A stretch of DNA of 64,000 bases from Amphiscolops sp. MND2022. Taxonomy: Eukaryota. Location: contig OZ076409.1 of NCBI GenBank assembly GCA_964187785.1, forward strand, positions 42,968,001 through 43,032,000, read 5' to 3'. The notes under the pieces are model-generated. The model worked only from the letters and a program-made list of their open reading frames with translations, was not told where the DNA came from and ran no database searches. Both the position numbers and the translations under genes were made by a program. Shown piece by piece: positions 1-12,950 of the stretch. Position 1 is the first letter of the stretch. Every line of letters begins with the position of its first letter.

Positions 1-153
1 GAGAACAATGATTGATTGCGAAGACTTTCAGCAACCTCACACAAGCAAACATTAACCTAAGAGGTCACCCTTGAGACTTTAACAAGACGCCCGCTAGGTA
101 CCAGGATATTTTCCGCCTTGTAAAAAAATTTGGAGAGGGCGAGACTCGAACCC

Positions 154-294
154 TGATATGATTGAAAACACTTTAGGCCCATAATGTTTTATTCAACAAA
201 AACGAACCATTATCTAAAAAGGAAAAAAAACAAAGCATGTATAGTTCAGACAATGGAAAAACCTTAAAACCATTTAAGAGACCACTATACCACA
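154..294 (-). repeat. 3' LTR of the Gypsy element
   Basis: Direct repeat of 5387-5526; reads TGTGG...TATCA on the minus strand. Confidence 0.93.
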
Positions 295-314
295 ATCTCC
301 CCTGCTGGAAAGAG

Positions 315-2760
315 TTAGAGATCAAGTTTCTGAGGAGGCCTTCTCATTCTCTGAGATCTCCTCAAACAGCTTTCTTCTTTGCTTTGATTGTCAGAAACTG
401 GGACAATTTCTTCCTGGGATTCTGCTGGAGGATCCACTGTACATACATCAGGGATTTCATCCACACAATCGTGGTTTTGACTATTAAAATATATCCTGTC
501 CTCGCTCATCTTAGAAGTTGAAACGTCTCCAACAAAGTTCTTCGAAGGAGACGAGTATGGTGCCAAATCCCTCAAAGAAACACTACTATCTCTCCCGTCG
601 GGATATCGAATGCGAGCACATTGGGAGTTCGCTTCCAATAAATTAACCTTTGTAACTAAGGGATCATCTTTTGAATTCCGAATGAATCGCCAAAGAAAAA
701 CAAGTCCAGGTAGGAGAAGCCATGAGGGGAAGGAACTTCCGAACGCCGACTTTCGCTTATGAAGAAAAATCCTCTCATAAGGGGTTTCGTTTGTGGCCGT
801 TGAAAGTAAAGAACGAATAGAGTGAAGCGCATCGGGTAACACCAAGTTTCCATTGATTTAGAGCTATTTCTCTTGATTTGAGAGCAAGCCTAACCGCAAT
901 CCAAATTAACCCGATGAAACGCTCTTATTGCCTATTCCCTTCAAGATTGTATGGTGTAGTGCGACTCATTGAAATTCCTCGCTATGGTAAATACGTTCTC
1001 AATTGCAATGACATGAAAGAAGGACCTCTGTCACTATGAACATAGGACGGCATTCCAAACAAAGACAAAAGCTCATTAAAACAGTGAATAATTGTTTCAC
1101 TAGTCATATCTTTACACAGAAAAGCAAAGGTGAACCTTGAGTATTCATCAACTACTGTCAATATGTAGCTATTATTAGATGCACATTTAGGAAGGAGACC
1201 CTTAAAGTCCACACAGAGACGCTTGAACGGTTGTGTAGCTTTGATGAGAGTTCTATCTTCAGCCTCGAAGAACTGGCGTTTCAACTCAGAACAAACAGGA
1301 CAAAAAGAACAAACTTTTTGAACTTCTTCCAAAGAAAATGGTAAACTTCGTGAACGAATAAAACGATACAGCCGGGTAACGCCAGGATGACACAACGATT
1401 CATGCAAAGACTGAGTAGTAGAAATAGAGGACACTGCGCAAGACACACGCGAAAAGGCATCAGCGACAGTATTTTTGTTGTCCGGTGGGTGTCAATGTCA
1501 TAATTAAAAGCAAGAAGCTCCATCCTCCAACGTTTGATTTTATCATTTTTGAACTTGCTGTGTTTGGTTGCGTCAAACATAACTCACGGATCGTTGATCA
1601 GTGATAAGTGTGAAATGCCTAGTGGATAGCAAATGAGACCACTTCCTGACTGCCTCAATTATAGCTTGAGCTTCTTTTCGACTGCCGAATACTTCAACTC
1701 CGAAGCTGAAAGAGCTTTGGACATAAAAGCAACGAACCTCCCGTTTTGATTCAAGGAGGCAGAAAGAGCGACATCTGATGCATCAGTCTCAACAACAAAG
1801 GGAACATGATCTTCAATGGACTGTAAGGAAACTTTCGCGAGTTCAACTTCAAGAGATTGGAATACATCAAGGCTTTTTGTGATAAAGGAAAAGAAGTAGA
1901 ACGTGAAAGAGGGTAAATTTTATCCGTGAATTGGGGAAGCCATTGAGAATAGTTACCAAACAATTCGAGAAATCGCTTCAAATATTTTATTGTCGAAGGA
2001 GGTTTCAGATCACGTAACGTCTGTAGTCTATCGGGACCGGGTCGAAGGCGACCTTGTGAATTTTCATAGCCTAAAAGTGTAACAGAATCTGTTCGTTGAT
2101 TTGACTTGACATGATTGAAAGTTAAATTGTACTTTGCTGCAGCTTCCAACAATCGAGCTAGTTTGTCATCATGATCCTTTTCACAAAAACCTCCGACCGT
2201 TAAATTATCCAAGTTGGCTAAGGTTCCTTCAAATTTTTCTGTCCTATTGAGTTCATTCACTTTTCGCTGGAAGGCAGCAACCGCATTAGTAGGTCCAAAA
2301 GGAAGTCGCTTAAACTGGAAAAGCTTACCATATGCTTCGAAAGCCGTGAAAGGTTTGTCTTTATATGCAAAAGGAATCTGATCATAGGCACTCTTCAAAT
2401 CCAATGTACTGACGACTGAAAAGTTAGAAAGTTCCAGAACCATGTCGTCAATTCTATGGACTGGGTAAGCATCTAGAATCGTGAATCTATTTATCGTTTG
2501 GGAATAGTCAATGACAAGGCGCTTTTTGTGTCTCTCATCTCTCGTAAGAACCACTTGCGCTCTCCATGGGGAATTACATTCTTCAATTATCCCTGTGGAC
2601 AATAGTTTATTCACTTCTTCTTTGATGAAAGCCTTGCCATCCCATGAATATCGTCTAGATTTATCAGCTATGGGCTTCACATCTGGTGTGAGTATTGTAA
2701 GCAGATCAGCAGGCGAAATGGATGCTTCTGCCAACGCACATTTCTGAGTTGGATTGATTG
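315..2760 (-). pseudogene. pol: pol (RT, RNase H, integrase), frameshifted
   Basis: RT: SPWRAQVV, RLVIDYS, LDLKSAYDQ, LPFGPTNA, NLDN (decayed YxDD). RNase H: V(E)TDAS. Integrase: HESLCHPG..CxxC, VDFKG, VVDEYSRF, HSDRGPSF, TNETPYER. Confidence 0.92.
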
Positions 2761-2793
2761 CTCTTCGCTGCATGTCTGCAGTTCGATTGATTG

Positions 2794-4240
2794 CCCTTGT
2801 TGAAACTGCTTGAACTTTTTGCATGTACTTTAATGTTGCCAGCAACGTTTACTATGATTTTCTAAATTTCTTACGAAAACATTAATGCGGAAATATTTAC
2901 CTGTTGTATTCGAATTTTATCAAGCTCCTTGAAAGATTCTTCAAAGATTTGGCGGAAATTTTAAGCACTGAAGTTTGGCAGGTTTCATCAAGAAGCAGTT
3001 TTAATTTTAAAAGCAAATAAATCGCTCTCATTTTAACAGCCATTTTAATGCAAAATAACTTCAGTCACGTGATAAACTGCAAATTAGCGTCATGTTTAGC
3101 GCCCTATTCGAGAAGCGGTGATCACATCAGATGAGTAGTTGAGAAAACAAAGTGTAATTACAAAGTGATCGTGTCGGTGGGTGATGAAGTGGTATTTTTT
3201 TTCAAATTTAACTGCAGTACCCAGGTTTTCAATCTTTGAGAATCTGTAAAGATCTGCAGGATTTTTTCTGCAGGGTTCTGCAAAGATCGTTACACTGAAT
3301 CTTGAAGATCCATACAGATCTGCAAGATCTTTACAGAAGTGTGCAGATCTGCAAGATCTTTACAGAAGTGTGCAGATTTTTTTAAAGATTTCTGCAGAAA
3401 TATGTTTTTCTGCAGCTTCTAAGGAACCAATATACTGATTTTTGGACTTCTTCAACTACTTCATCGAGTATTTTAGCTAACCTAGGGTCAGTCAGTTGAA
3501 ACTCTCCATCACTCAAAAGTCTTGAGAAGGAAAATTTGTCCCCATCACGAAAAATTTTGTGACGGGAGAAAATGCAGTTTTGGTAAAACACGGTAATTTA
3601 TCCATTTCACTCGAACTTTCCAGAAGTGATTGTTGAACTTTAAGAGGTTCGTTTGCCATATTGACTTCGTTTTGGCCGATAAAATTTGACATGTGGCAAC
3701 CATCTGGGTTGGTCGATGTGTTGATGAAAAGTTGTTTTTGTCATATTTCCTTAACATAGTTTGTTGGAGTATTTTTAGTAATTGCTGTTAACTTGGAATA
3801 CGTTATAGTAATTGTTTGGCTCTGTAAAGATCTGTAAAGATCTGCAAAACTCTACAGATCTGTACAGATTGCTGCAGAAAAATATTTCATCATTTTGCCA
3901 TAAATGAGACTTCTCTCCAGTTTTAAACACTTTTAATATTCGTTTGACATCTCTGTGGGGTTTTTATTGTATTTTTACGTACGTCAGTTTTTTTTCGAAT
4001 CTGCACATATCTGCAAAGATCTGCAAAAATTCTGCAGATCTGCACATATCTGCAAAGATCTGCAAAAATCCTGCAGATCTGCACGGATTCGCAAAGATCG
4101 AAAACCTGGGTATAGAAAATGCAGTTATTCTACAAAATTTACTCTCTAAATTACCACTGAATTTTCTAGGTTTTATAAACAATTACCCTGCATGCAGGCC
4201 TGCAGCATGTAAAAAGTTCCTTGGAGTTTCAACTAGGGTG
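2794..4240. mobile_element. Non-autonomous TIR element (MITE family A) inserted in Gypsy pol
   Basis: Imperfect TIRs of about 32 bp (CCCTTGTTGAAACT..AACTTTTTGCATG / CATGTAAAAAGTT..TTTCAACTAGGG), flanked by TGATTG(C) duplications. Related copies at about 11786-12140, 26600-26940, 30602-30800 and 54190-54723. Confidence 0.8.
3215..4114. mobile_element. MITE family B (CAGT...ACTG termini, Tc1/mariner-like) nested in MITE A
   Basis: TIR CAGTACCCAGGTTTTC / GAAAACCTGGGTA. Subterminal arrays of TGCAGATCT. Absent from the MITE A copy at 54190-54723; inverted copy at 10752-11609. Confidence 0.85.
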
Positions 4241-5348
4241 TGATTGCATCTTTAGCACCTTCAAACTTGAAAGTAACTTGTTTCTGTAGGTTCATAAAGT
4301 CTAACCCCAAAGGAATATCGCAACACAGTGATTTGAGAACAATGACGTGAAAATTCTTGTACACGTTTCCAAAGGCTTTATTTGAAACAATGGATTGCCC
4401 CAGAACAACTCTCGAGCAATCTGTAGATGCCATCTGTACTTTCCGCTCTATCAAATCAACGGGAATAGAATGCTCTTTACCAAAATCCAAAACTTAGAAA
4501 ACTCATCGAGTTGCCGGAATCCAACAAAGCATTAACGGAAATTCTTTCAATAGAAATGACTGTGGTTGACTGAGCTAATCTGGTATGGGGAGGAACCGCG
4601 GCAAGGTGGAATACTGCGGCTGAAACATTTTCCTTGCTTTTGCTGACGTCCCTAGACTTACACGCTTTGGCGAAATGGCCCTTTTGGCCACAGGAATTGC
4701 ATACAGAATTCAACGCTGGACAGTTTTTCCTTGTCGAATGCGTTGCGCCACCACAAAACCAGCAGGACTTCTTCACAGAGGAAACTGCAGCGATAGTAGT
4801 CTCCAGTTCAATAGTCGCAGCGGCAGATACATCATAACTTGGTTTGGTGTAATATTCCAAATTCTGTAAAGCAACATCTTCAGCACGAGCCTGAGAAACA
4901 GCATTCTCTAGCGTAAGTGACGAATTTTCCAATAGCCTGAGGACGAAAGACCGTTTATTAAAGCATCTCGAACCGATTTTTCTCGGTAAACTTCAGCAGT
5001 ACCGCTTTGAAACTTGCTATAGCGACTAAGTTCCTTGAGGCTATGAATGAATTGAACCACCGATTCTCTGGGCTTTCGTTTCCGTGTAGCCAGAAGATGA
5101 CGAGCAAATATAATGTTCTTTTCTTTGATGAAGATTGCCTCCAGAGCTTTTATAGCGTCGTCGTAATTCACTTTATCAGAAACAGCAGGTGCTAGAAAGT
5201 TGGTTAGAACAATAAGTTTGTTTGTATTTTGAGTAGGCAAAACATCGAGAAAGTTTTTGAACGTTTGGTGCCAGTGTTTCGATTCCTTTGAAGCGTTCGG
5301 GGAATCTGGACTGCAATCAAATCGTTCGGGACGTGAAATTTTGTCCAT
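4241..5348 (-). pseudogene. gag: gag and aspartic protease, frameshifted
   Basis: Zinc knuckles CWFCGGATH..C and CNSCGQKGHFAKAC. Protease ALLDSG and LGLDF motifs. Confidence 0.9.
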
Positions 5349-5386
5349 TCTGACTCGAGCCTCGAGATAGTTTATGTTGAATAAAT

Positions 5387-5526
5387 TGATATGATTGAAA
5401 ACACCTTAGGCTCATAAGGTGTTATTCAACATAAACGAACCATTATCTTAAAAGGAAAAAAACAAAGCTTATATAGTTCAGACAACGGAAGAACCTTATA
5501 ACAATTTAAAAGACCACTATACCACA
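5387..5526 (-). repeat. 5' LTR of the Gypsy element
   Basis: Direct repeat of 154-294; TATATAA on the minus strand at 5469-5475. Confidence 0.93.
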
Positions 5527-8500
5527 AGCCCACTATATACTGCCTGATAGGCGAATGCACTACCATTCGTAACAAACTAATTGAAGTGGAGACTTTGGAG
5601 ATTTGGCACAATTTGGAAAAACGCAACAGAGATGATAAGTTTCCTACCCCATGCAGAAAAAATTGTGGGGGCAGACAACTAAAAAAATTCATTGTACAGA
5701 AAACATCGAAAAATTTTGTTGGAATTTTTAATTTAGAAATTGTTCTACAAAATTTTCCGATTTGTCCCACAGTACCCAGAAAGACAATCGGGTCCGTATC
5801 TTCAATCATATATATGATCATATACATCATCTGTTATGTTTTCATATAAATAACCGAAATAATAGATCTGAAAAACATTGTTTGCAATAACATATTTGTT
5901 CTTGACATCATGTATATGATTTTTGAAGTAACAGTTGGAATTTTGGTTCCATGTCCCTCGTTTACCGCGAACTGCGAAATAGTATTTTCGAAAGCCAAGA
6001 CAGAAAAAACGCATCTCCGTGGAGTCTATTCGGACTCGATTCATTGTATAGTAATTTCATTTATGTTTTCATTTCACTTAACGAAGATTTGTGAACATTT
6101 AAACGAACTAAGTTTTCCTTTCAAAGTCATGTTTTCAAATTGAAAATCTTTTTTTTATTTTTTCATACAAACAGAGGGCTTCCAAAAAATTTTTAAATAA
6201 ACATACTTTCAGGGTTTATATATATCATCACTGATGGGTCCCTCTCAACTCGTAGAACGCTTTGACCTTGCAAAAAACAAATAAAATAGGGGTACTTATC
6301 GCTGAATTAAAAGTAAACATGAATGAGATTAGCGTAAAATCGAAATTTAGTGTGTCTTTAAAAAGCTGTTTCCAGTTAGAATTAGTTTTTTTCTGCTCGG
6401 AAGCACTGCCTGATTTTTTTAAAAAAAAACAAGAAGTACTTAAAAGGTGAAATGTTCAAAAGGTGTGGGAAAAGATGACATGAAAACCGAACTAATCAAA
6501 CCATTTAGGACAACTTCACTTCGTCAAACTAAATTTAAAAATTTGAACTCATATTTATTAACAGTTTTGGACTATCTAGCTTGATACGTCAAATCATCAG
6601 CCAAACCAGCAGTTTTTCAAGGAAAACGAAACTTCAATAGACTATTCCAAGTTTTAATTCTTCCAAAAGTGGCCTTTAATTCTTATCAAAATAATCGAGA
6701 CTAAGAAACAGAATATGTGCATCATTCCTTTGCCTGTGATTTTTTTCTTTATTTCTGAAGTACTGAACTCGCTGAGTTATCTGTTTGGAAAGGGAAGTAA
6801 TACTGACGCTTTCAGATAAACTGTACTCTGAAGGAATTTGTCAATTGATAATGGTTCCGTGCCTTCGGAAATGTACTGTTCTAATCAATTTCAGACCTTA
6901 TTCAATCTCTTGGCAATTGAATTTTGTTTTATAGCATTCTGCGCAGCTCAGATCATGGATTTTCATTATATTCATTTATCTATATTTTCAGCTAGTGTTT
7001 AGCCTCAAGTCTCATGTCTGCCACTAACTTTCAGAAACGTTTATTTTGGAGCCTTTCCATAGAATTTTTGCTGATATCGTTGGTTTAAAACACTTTGAAC
7101 TCCATGTTATGTACTCCAGAGTGCCTTGTCCCCAGTGTAAGAACAATGTAATTTTTCAGAAAAACATCACATGTGACAAGTTTTGCTTACGAATTCCATT
7201 CTCTATTTTAAATGTTATATGATATTTTTCGTAGTGCTATTCCCAAAAGCTTTCCTTGTTGTATAAATGATTCGTAAAGCGCTGTCATCCAAAGTGCATG
7301 GATGTTTCATGGATTCCCACAGCATGGCTTGGCATAAATTATGGATGAATCAATTCAGATTTACAAAACCGGTGGTTTCAGAAAGAAGAACCTTGAAAGA
7401 TGATGATTTTGAAATATCATGTATAATTTGTAGTTAGAAACGTAATAAATTCGACATGGTTTCAATTTTTTGATGTCATCATAAAAATTTATGATTCAAA
7501 ATTTTGATTTAATAACATATTTTTGTTGGATATATCCATCAAAAATGTAATTAAATCATAAATTTGTATTCTAGAAAAAAATAGATTTCAACGACTAATT
7601 TCAACAGTGATTTCTATTTTTTGCATATTCCAAGTTCCATTAAACTCAAAGGAAGTCTGCGTTGCCAAAGATATCGGGAAGTGACGAAAACTCGAGAACA
7701 TTGATCAGACAGTAAGTTCAACCTTGAAAGCTCTTTAGCAAAACTTCAAAATCGGTTTTGCTTGAAATTTTTCTGAGCCATCAGAATGATTTCGTGGAAC
7801 GAAAGAAACTTTGCCGGAAGCCGCGCCCTTGATATTATGAGATAATTATAAGAATATAAACAGCAGTTCAAAAGAACAGTTTTTGTTTAAAAGTTCCGTT
7901 AAATTCTCTTTGGTGCAAAAAAGAAACTCTAGTCATGAAAGTCCTCTTCAAAAGTGTCTTCAAAAGTGGACGTTGTGTATAGAAACAATTCGTCATTTTG
8001 TCATCCTTGATTTGAACCTACATTCAGTGAGAGACCTCAAAAAATGGAAAATTCGTCAGATTTGATGGATTGTTTTGTGCAGTGCTCACTTCTTTTGTGC
8101 AATAATATAATGTTCTTTCTTCTCAATAACCTCGAGGTACCTCAAAAATGGCGGGATTTGTTTTTTGAAACTTGCAAATTGGTTTTTTATACTAAATGAA
8201 ACAATTTGTTGATGTCATTTCAGACGAACTTAGTTTCAGTTTTTCCAATTTTTCCTCAACCTGAGAAACTGAGATCAACACTTTTTCGTTCCCACTTCTT
8301 TACAGCCACCCTCCCCCTTTTGAAGATGTTTTAGCCACCCTCCCCCTTTAGGCGATCAAGACCCATTTTAGAGAGAATCTATTCTGTCAATTTCTGTCGA
8401 TTTCTCTACAATCGCTTTTGGAGTAACTGAAGAACGGAATTGAAAATGAAAAGGACTCATCGCGTGTGTCCCAGGCGGCCGCCCGTGATGGGAATATTTA

Positions 8501-8649
8501 TGCAATTCCTAAAGGAGCAGTAGTGACAAACTCCACCCCTACAAACCTACCTCTTCTCTGAGCAACGAGAAGATCCTAGCAAACTAGAAAACTTTGAAAC
8601 ATTAATATGTCATGTAATACCATTGTGATGTCATACATTGTCTCGTTGA

Positions 8650-9771
8650 GACTGTAAACTGCATGTAGAGTTAAATGAAACAATTCATACATGATGTCAT
8701 TTAGAATGTCCTTAAGACATTAGTGGATAAAGCCACCACACCCGTCGCCGCAATTTATATTATTTTGTATTATTTCTAATGTGAGCATGAAAGCAACATC
8801 AGAGACATACCCACAAGCATGGAGTGCTAAAGTGCTTTAATGCAGTGAGTTGATAAAGCAAACATCATGTTACTATTTATAGACGGCTTTGAAATAGCCC
8901 TTTCAAGGCGGCACTGACATCTTTGGCTAGTCGGGTTCACCTTATTTTGATGATGCTATAAAACGGAATTACCCATGAAAACGTCATGCAGCTTTGCTAT
9001 TTTTAGACGATGATTAACCTAAAATTGAAGGTCATGTAATCTCAAGTATATATACCAGAACTCCTGAGAAATGGTGACAATAAATTGTGAAGTTTATAAT
9101 CGAAGTGACAAAAAACCTAAATCTATGAGAGTACACCCATTGTTACAATAATTTAACACTTGGAAATATCTGATTTGAGAAATACAACTTACCAAGTTAC
9201 CAAATTTTCCTCAAAAATACCTTCAAGGAGAAGCAAGAAAGCAAAAGCAAGGCGGTCAAGAGAAGCAGACATAATGTCGGACATAAAGAATATGGACTTA
9301 TGATGGGTACCGGTGATACAATCAGATAAAAATGGATATTGATCAAACGACAGGCTTTTAGAACATGTTAAATAGAGATGATAATGAGGAAGGATACTCA
9401 ATGAGAGGCAATTCCTCACAGGATAATGAAATCAGAAATATGCCTGCAAATAGGAATAATCGTAGCCTAACAAGGGATTCAGACATGTTGTCAGGTGAAA
9501 TGAAATAAAGCATCTCTAATTAGTCTAATAAATGGAATGAATTCCCAAATAGAGTCCGCGATAAGTTCCGCAGTATCCGAGAGAATCATCCCTCAGATGC
9601 AGGGAGTTGTGGTGGCTATAATAAGCAGACAGCTAGAGAGTGTGTCACCACTGTCCAGAAGACCTCAAAACATGGAAGGTGATGAGGGCAGTGTGGATGA
9701 AAACAATATACAAAATAGGAACTTCTGTTCTCGTCAAAACGTAATGGAACCTGAGGTCGAGAGTCCTTACA
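8650..9771 (+). mobile_element. Decayed solo-LTR-like remnant carrying a gag-like N-terminal ORF (left boundary uncertain)
   Basis: Translations PSRRSKKAKARRSREADIMSDIKNMDL and MNSQIESAISSAVSERIIPQMQ resemble the 55005-55604 ORF. Similarity ends at ...CCTTACA (9771). Confidence 0.65.
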
Positions 9772-10329
9772 GCCTGAACTTTAATGATTTTATTTTAAAT
9801 ATCGTCCTGATGATAACCTACTAGGTTGCAATGTTTTGAATATTTGAAATGCTGAAACCTATTTTAGCTGTTACTCCCAGTGGATCATATTGATTTTTTC
9901 ATTCCTGTACGAGTATCTTCTACAGTTTCGAGTCCTCTATAATGCCAAGTGGGTATGTGAGATAAAAATAGGGAGACACTTCCAATTACTCTGCCAATTT
10001 TCAGAAGGTTTTTAGATTTTTGGATCTTGGAATTCGGCACGAAATTGTTACTTCAACGGATTTTAAAACAAAACAAGATAAAAAGTGTGTTAAATATGAT
10101 ACAACATCAATAAACATCAAACATTAAATGGTCAATGTCAGATACTGTCAGTTCGTTTAATTAATTTATTGTTTTGCTTCATGTTGTTTTGTATTTGCAG
10201 CCCCCTGCTACAGTAACATTATTAGTCGAGTTTCTTTTCTTAAAGCGCCCTCTTTAAAGAATACAAGATAACGAGAAATATCACAAACTCAAAACAAATA
10301 TAGTACTGTGATTAAGAAAACGTCCCCGG

Positions 10330-10665
10330 TCGATGTTAGGCCAGATTTTATTGAAATCCGTTGGAAGTTTTGAAAACATCAGAAACAAAATATTTCTTAG
10401 AATTTCATCTAGTTTACATTAGTATTTTTTTCTAAATTCCTGAAACAAATTTGAGAAAGTTACAAATAGCTGATTTTGAGCAAAATTGGGATTTCTTGCC
10501 GTTTTTTCGAATCTTTGACCGTTTTATCCGCAGTTTTTTGACAAATTTTATGCTCAATTAACTCCCACAAAGCTACCGAATTGATGGATATATTTTGTTT
10601 TTAAAAATGATCTACTGCTTCCGAAATATCATGCTCGAAAGGTAAAATTTCCTCAATTTACATGA
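10330..10665. repeat. Dispersed repeat; inverted copy at about 19725-20065
   Basis: Reverse-complement similarity, e.g. TTTGACCGTTTTATCCGCAG vs CTGTGGATAAAACGGTCAAA. Confidence 0.7.
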
Positions 10666-10751
10666 ATTTCACTCAATGCGCCAATCCAAATTGAAAGTGA
10701 GAGGAAATTTTAATTGGCCGAGAACGCCAAAGGGGGACGATTTCTTAACCA

Positions 10752-11609
10752 CAGTTCCCTGGTTTTCGATCTTTGCGAATCTGTGCAGATCTTCAGGATT
10801 TTTGCAGATACGAGCAGATCTGCAGAATTTTTGCAGATCTTTGCAGATATGTGCAGATTCCAAAAAAAACTGACACCATCAGAAACGCAATAAAAACCCC
10901 ACAGGGATGTCAAACGAATACTTAAAAAGTTTAAAACTGGAGAGGTTTCTCATTTATGTCAAAATAATGAAAAAATTTTCTGTAGCAATCTGTACAGATC
11001 TGTAGAGATTACAGATCTGTACAGATCTTTACAGAGCCAAACAATGACCAATAAATTACCATAACGTATTCCAAGTTAATAGCAATTACTAAAAATACTC
11101 CAACAAACTATGTTGCGGAAATATTACAAAAACGACACTTTATCAACACATCCACCCAGAAGGTTTCCAGATGTCAAATTTTATCTGACAAAACGAAGTC
11201 AATATGGCAAACGAGCCTCTCAAAGTTTAACAACCACTTCTGGAAAGTTCGAGTGAAATGGATAAATTACCGTGTTTTACCAAAAACCGCACTTTCTCCA
11301 GTCACCAAAATTACCGGGATGGGGACAATTTTTCCTCCTCAAGAATTTTGAGTGATGGAGAGTTTCAACTGACTGACCTTAGGTCAGCTAAAATACTCGA
11401 TAAAATAGTTGAAGAAGTCCAAAAAGGCAGTATATTGGTTCCTTAGAAGCTGCAGAAAAACATATTTCTGCAAAAATCTTCACACTTCTGTAAAGATCTT
11501 GCAGATCTGTATGGATCTTCAAGATTCAGTGCAACGATCTTTGCAGAACCCTGCAGAAAAAATCCTGCAGATCGGCACAGATTTGCAAAGATCGAAAACC
11601 TGGGTACTG
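10752..11609. mobile_element. MITE family B, full copy
   Basis: CAGTTCCCTGGTTTTCGATC ... GATCGAAAACCTGGGTACTG followed by TA; inverted relative to 3215-4114. Confidence 0.88.
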
Positions 11610-12196
11610 TATGTCAGTGACAATTAATATTTTGTCCAATCCTGAAACCACGCATGGGTCCTCCATAAGAGGATTGGAAGCTATAGAAAATACATGTACA
11701 GTAATAAAAAACATCAATAACATCCACTGGGAGTAACAGCTAAAGTGGCTGCATGCACGGTCAATTTCTGTCAAAAGCACTGCTCGTACACTTGTTGGAA
11801 TTGCTTGAACTTTCTTATACCGTGAAAGTTGCCTACATCGTTACTACGATTTTATAAAACTATTTTGGAAACTTCCATCGACACTTAATTCCCTGTTGCT
11901 TTCAACTTCTATCAAGTTGCTGCTCAAAATTGTCAAGCTGCTGGTGCCGTCAAGTCATGCAGATATCATTGTGCATATGTTTCTACTTTGGATGAAGCTG
12001 AGAATCTTCAAATTTCTGCCATTTTAATGCAAAACACATTCACTCCGCTTGAAAACTGCCAATCATCGTCATATTCAGGGTGCTATTTGAGAAGCGGTGA
12101 TCACATCAGATGATTACTTGAAAAATCGACGTGTGAAACTGGGATAGCAGAAATTCACGGCAAATTTTTGTCAATTTGCCGGCGCTTTTCGCAAAG

Positions 12197-12950
12197 AACA
12201 AGACGGGAACGTCTAAAGTCGGCGCTATATCTAAGGCTCAAAAAAGCGCTAAGTTTTTAAACTTGTAAAAGGGGGGACCCTTTCAGCTTTTTGAAAATCC
12301 AGTCTGTTGCAAAATATCAAAAAAATTGAAGGAGACAATAAAAAAATCGGAATTTTTTTTGAAAAAACTTTCGAAAAAAAACGAAAAATGAGAATTTTGA
12401 AACAGTCTCACAGTGCCGAAAACTAGAGAGGGGGGACTTTTTGTGCTTTTTGAAACTTCAGTTTGCTGCAAAATATCAAAAAACTTGAAGGGGGACCATT
12501 TGGCGACAAAAGAAAAATTTGAAAATTTTTTGAAAAAAATTCAAAAAAAAACGAAAAATGAGAATTTTGAAAGTCTCACAGTGCCGAAAAACTAGAAAGG
12601 GGGACCCTTTGAGCTTTTTGAAACTTCAGTTTGCTGCAAAATATCAAAAAAACTTGAAGGGGGACCGTTTGGCGACAAAAGAAAATTCGAAAAAAAAGTC
12701 GCTTAGTGCCGAAAAAAATTCGAAGGGGGGACCCTGTAGTCCCGTCCGGTTTTGTATCTTACGTTAAAAATTGAGTACACGAAAGGGGGGACCTTTTGCA
12801 GTAACTCAGATGTGATTCCGCTTGCCGGTTCAGTACTTTTAGTAGTTCTGTAAAAAGTGTCCACTACGCATACATTCTGTGGTCTGACGAAAAAAAAAAC
12901 TTGCCACTGTAATAGTCGGGCTCATTTTGATGAAATGCGGCGACTAAAAA
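12197..12950 (-). mobile_element. Helentron-associated non-autonomous element (HINE/DINE-1-like)
   Basis: Asymmetric subterminal inverted repeats AGTCGGCGC/GCG(G)CGACT, terminal hairpin AGACG-ttcc-CGTCT, T-rich ends and internal tandem subunits. Confidence 0.7.

Larger units (their letters stand above)
154..5526 (-). mobile_element. Degenerate full-length Ty3/Gypsy LTR retrotransposon (Mag-like, short LTRs) with nested MITEs
   Basis: LTRs at 154-294 and 5387-5526 (TG...CA, about 90% identical by eye). 5-bp TSD AACCC/AGCCC. Purine tract AGCAGGGGAGAT before the 3' LTR. Domain order gag-PR-RT-RH-IN, with frameshifts and stops. Confidence 0.95.

Noticed and set aside
3382..4243. Short ORFs in MITE B (also 10669-11780)
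   Set aside because: They are artefacts of TGCAGATCT arrays, open on both strands, with no protein motifs.
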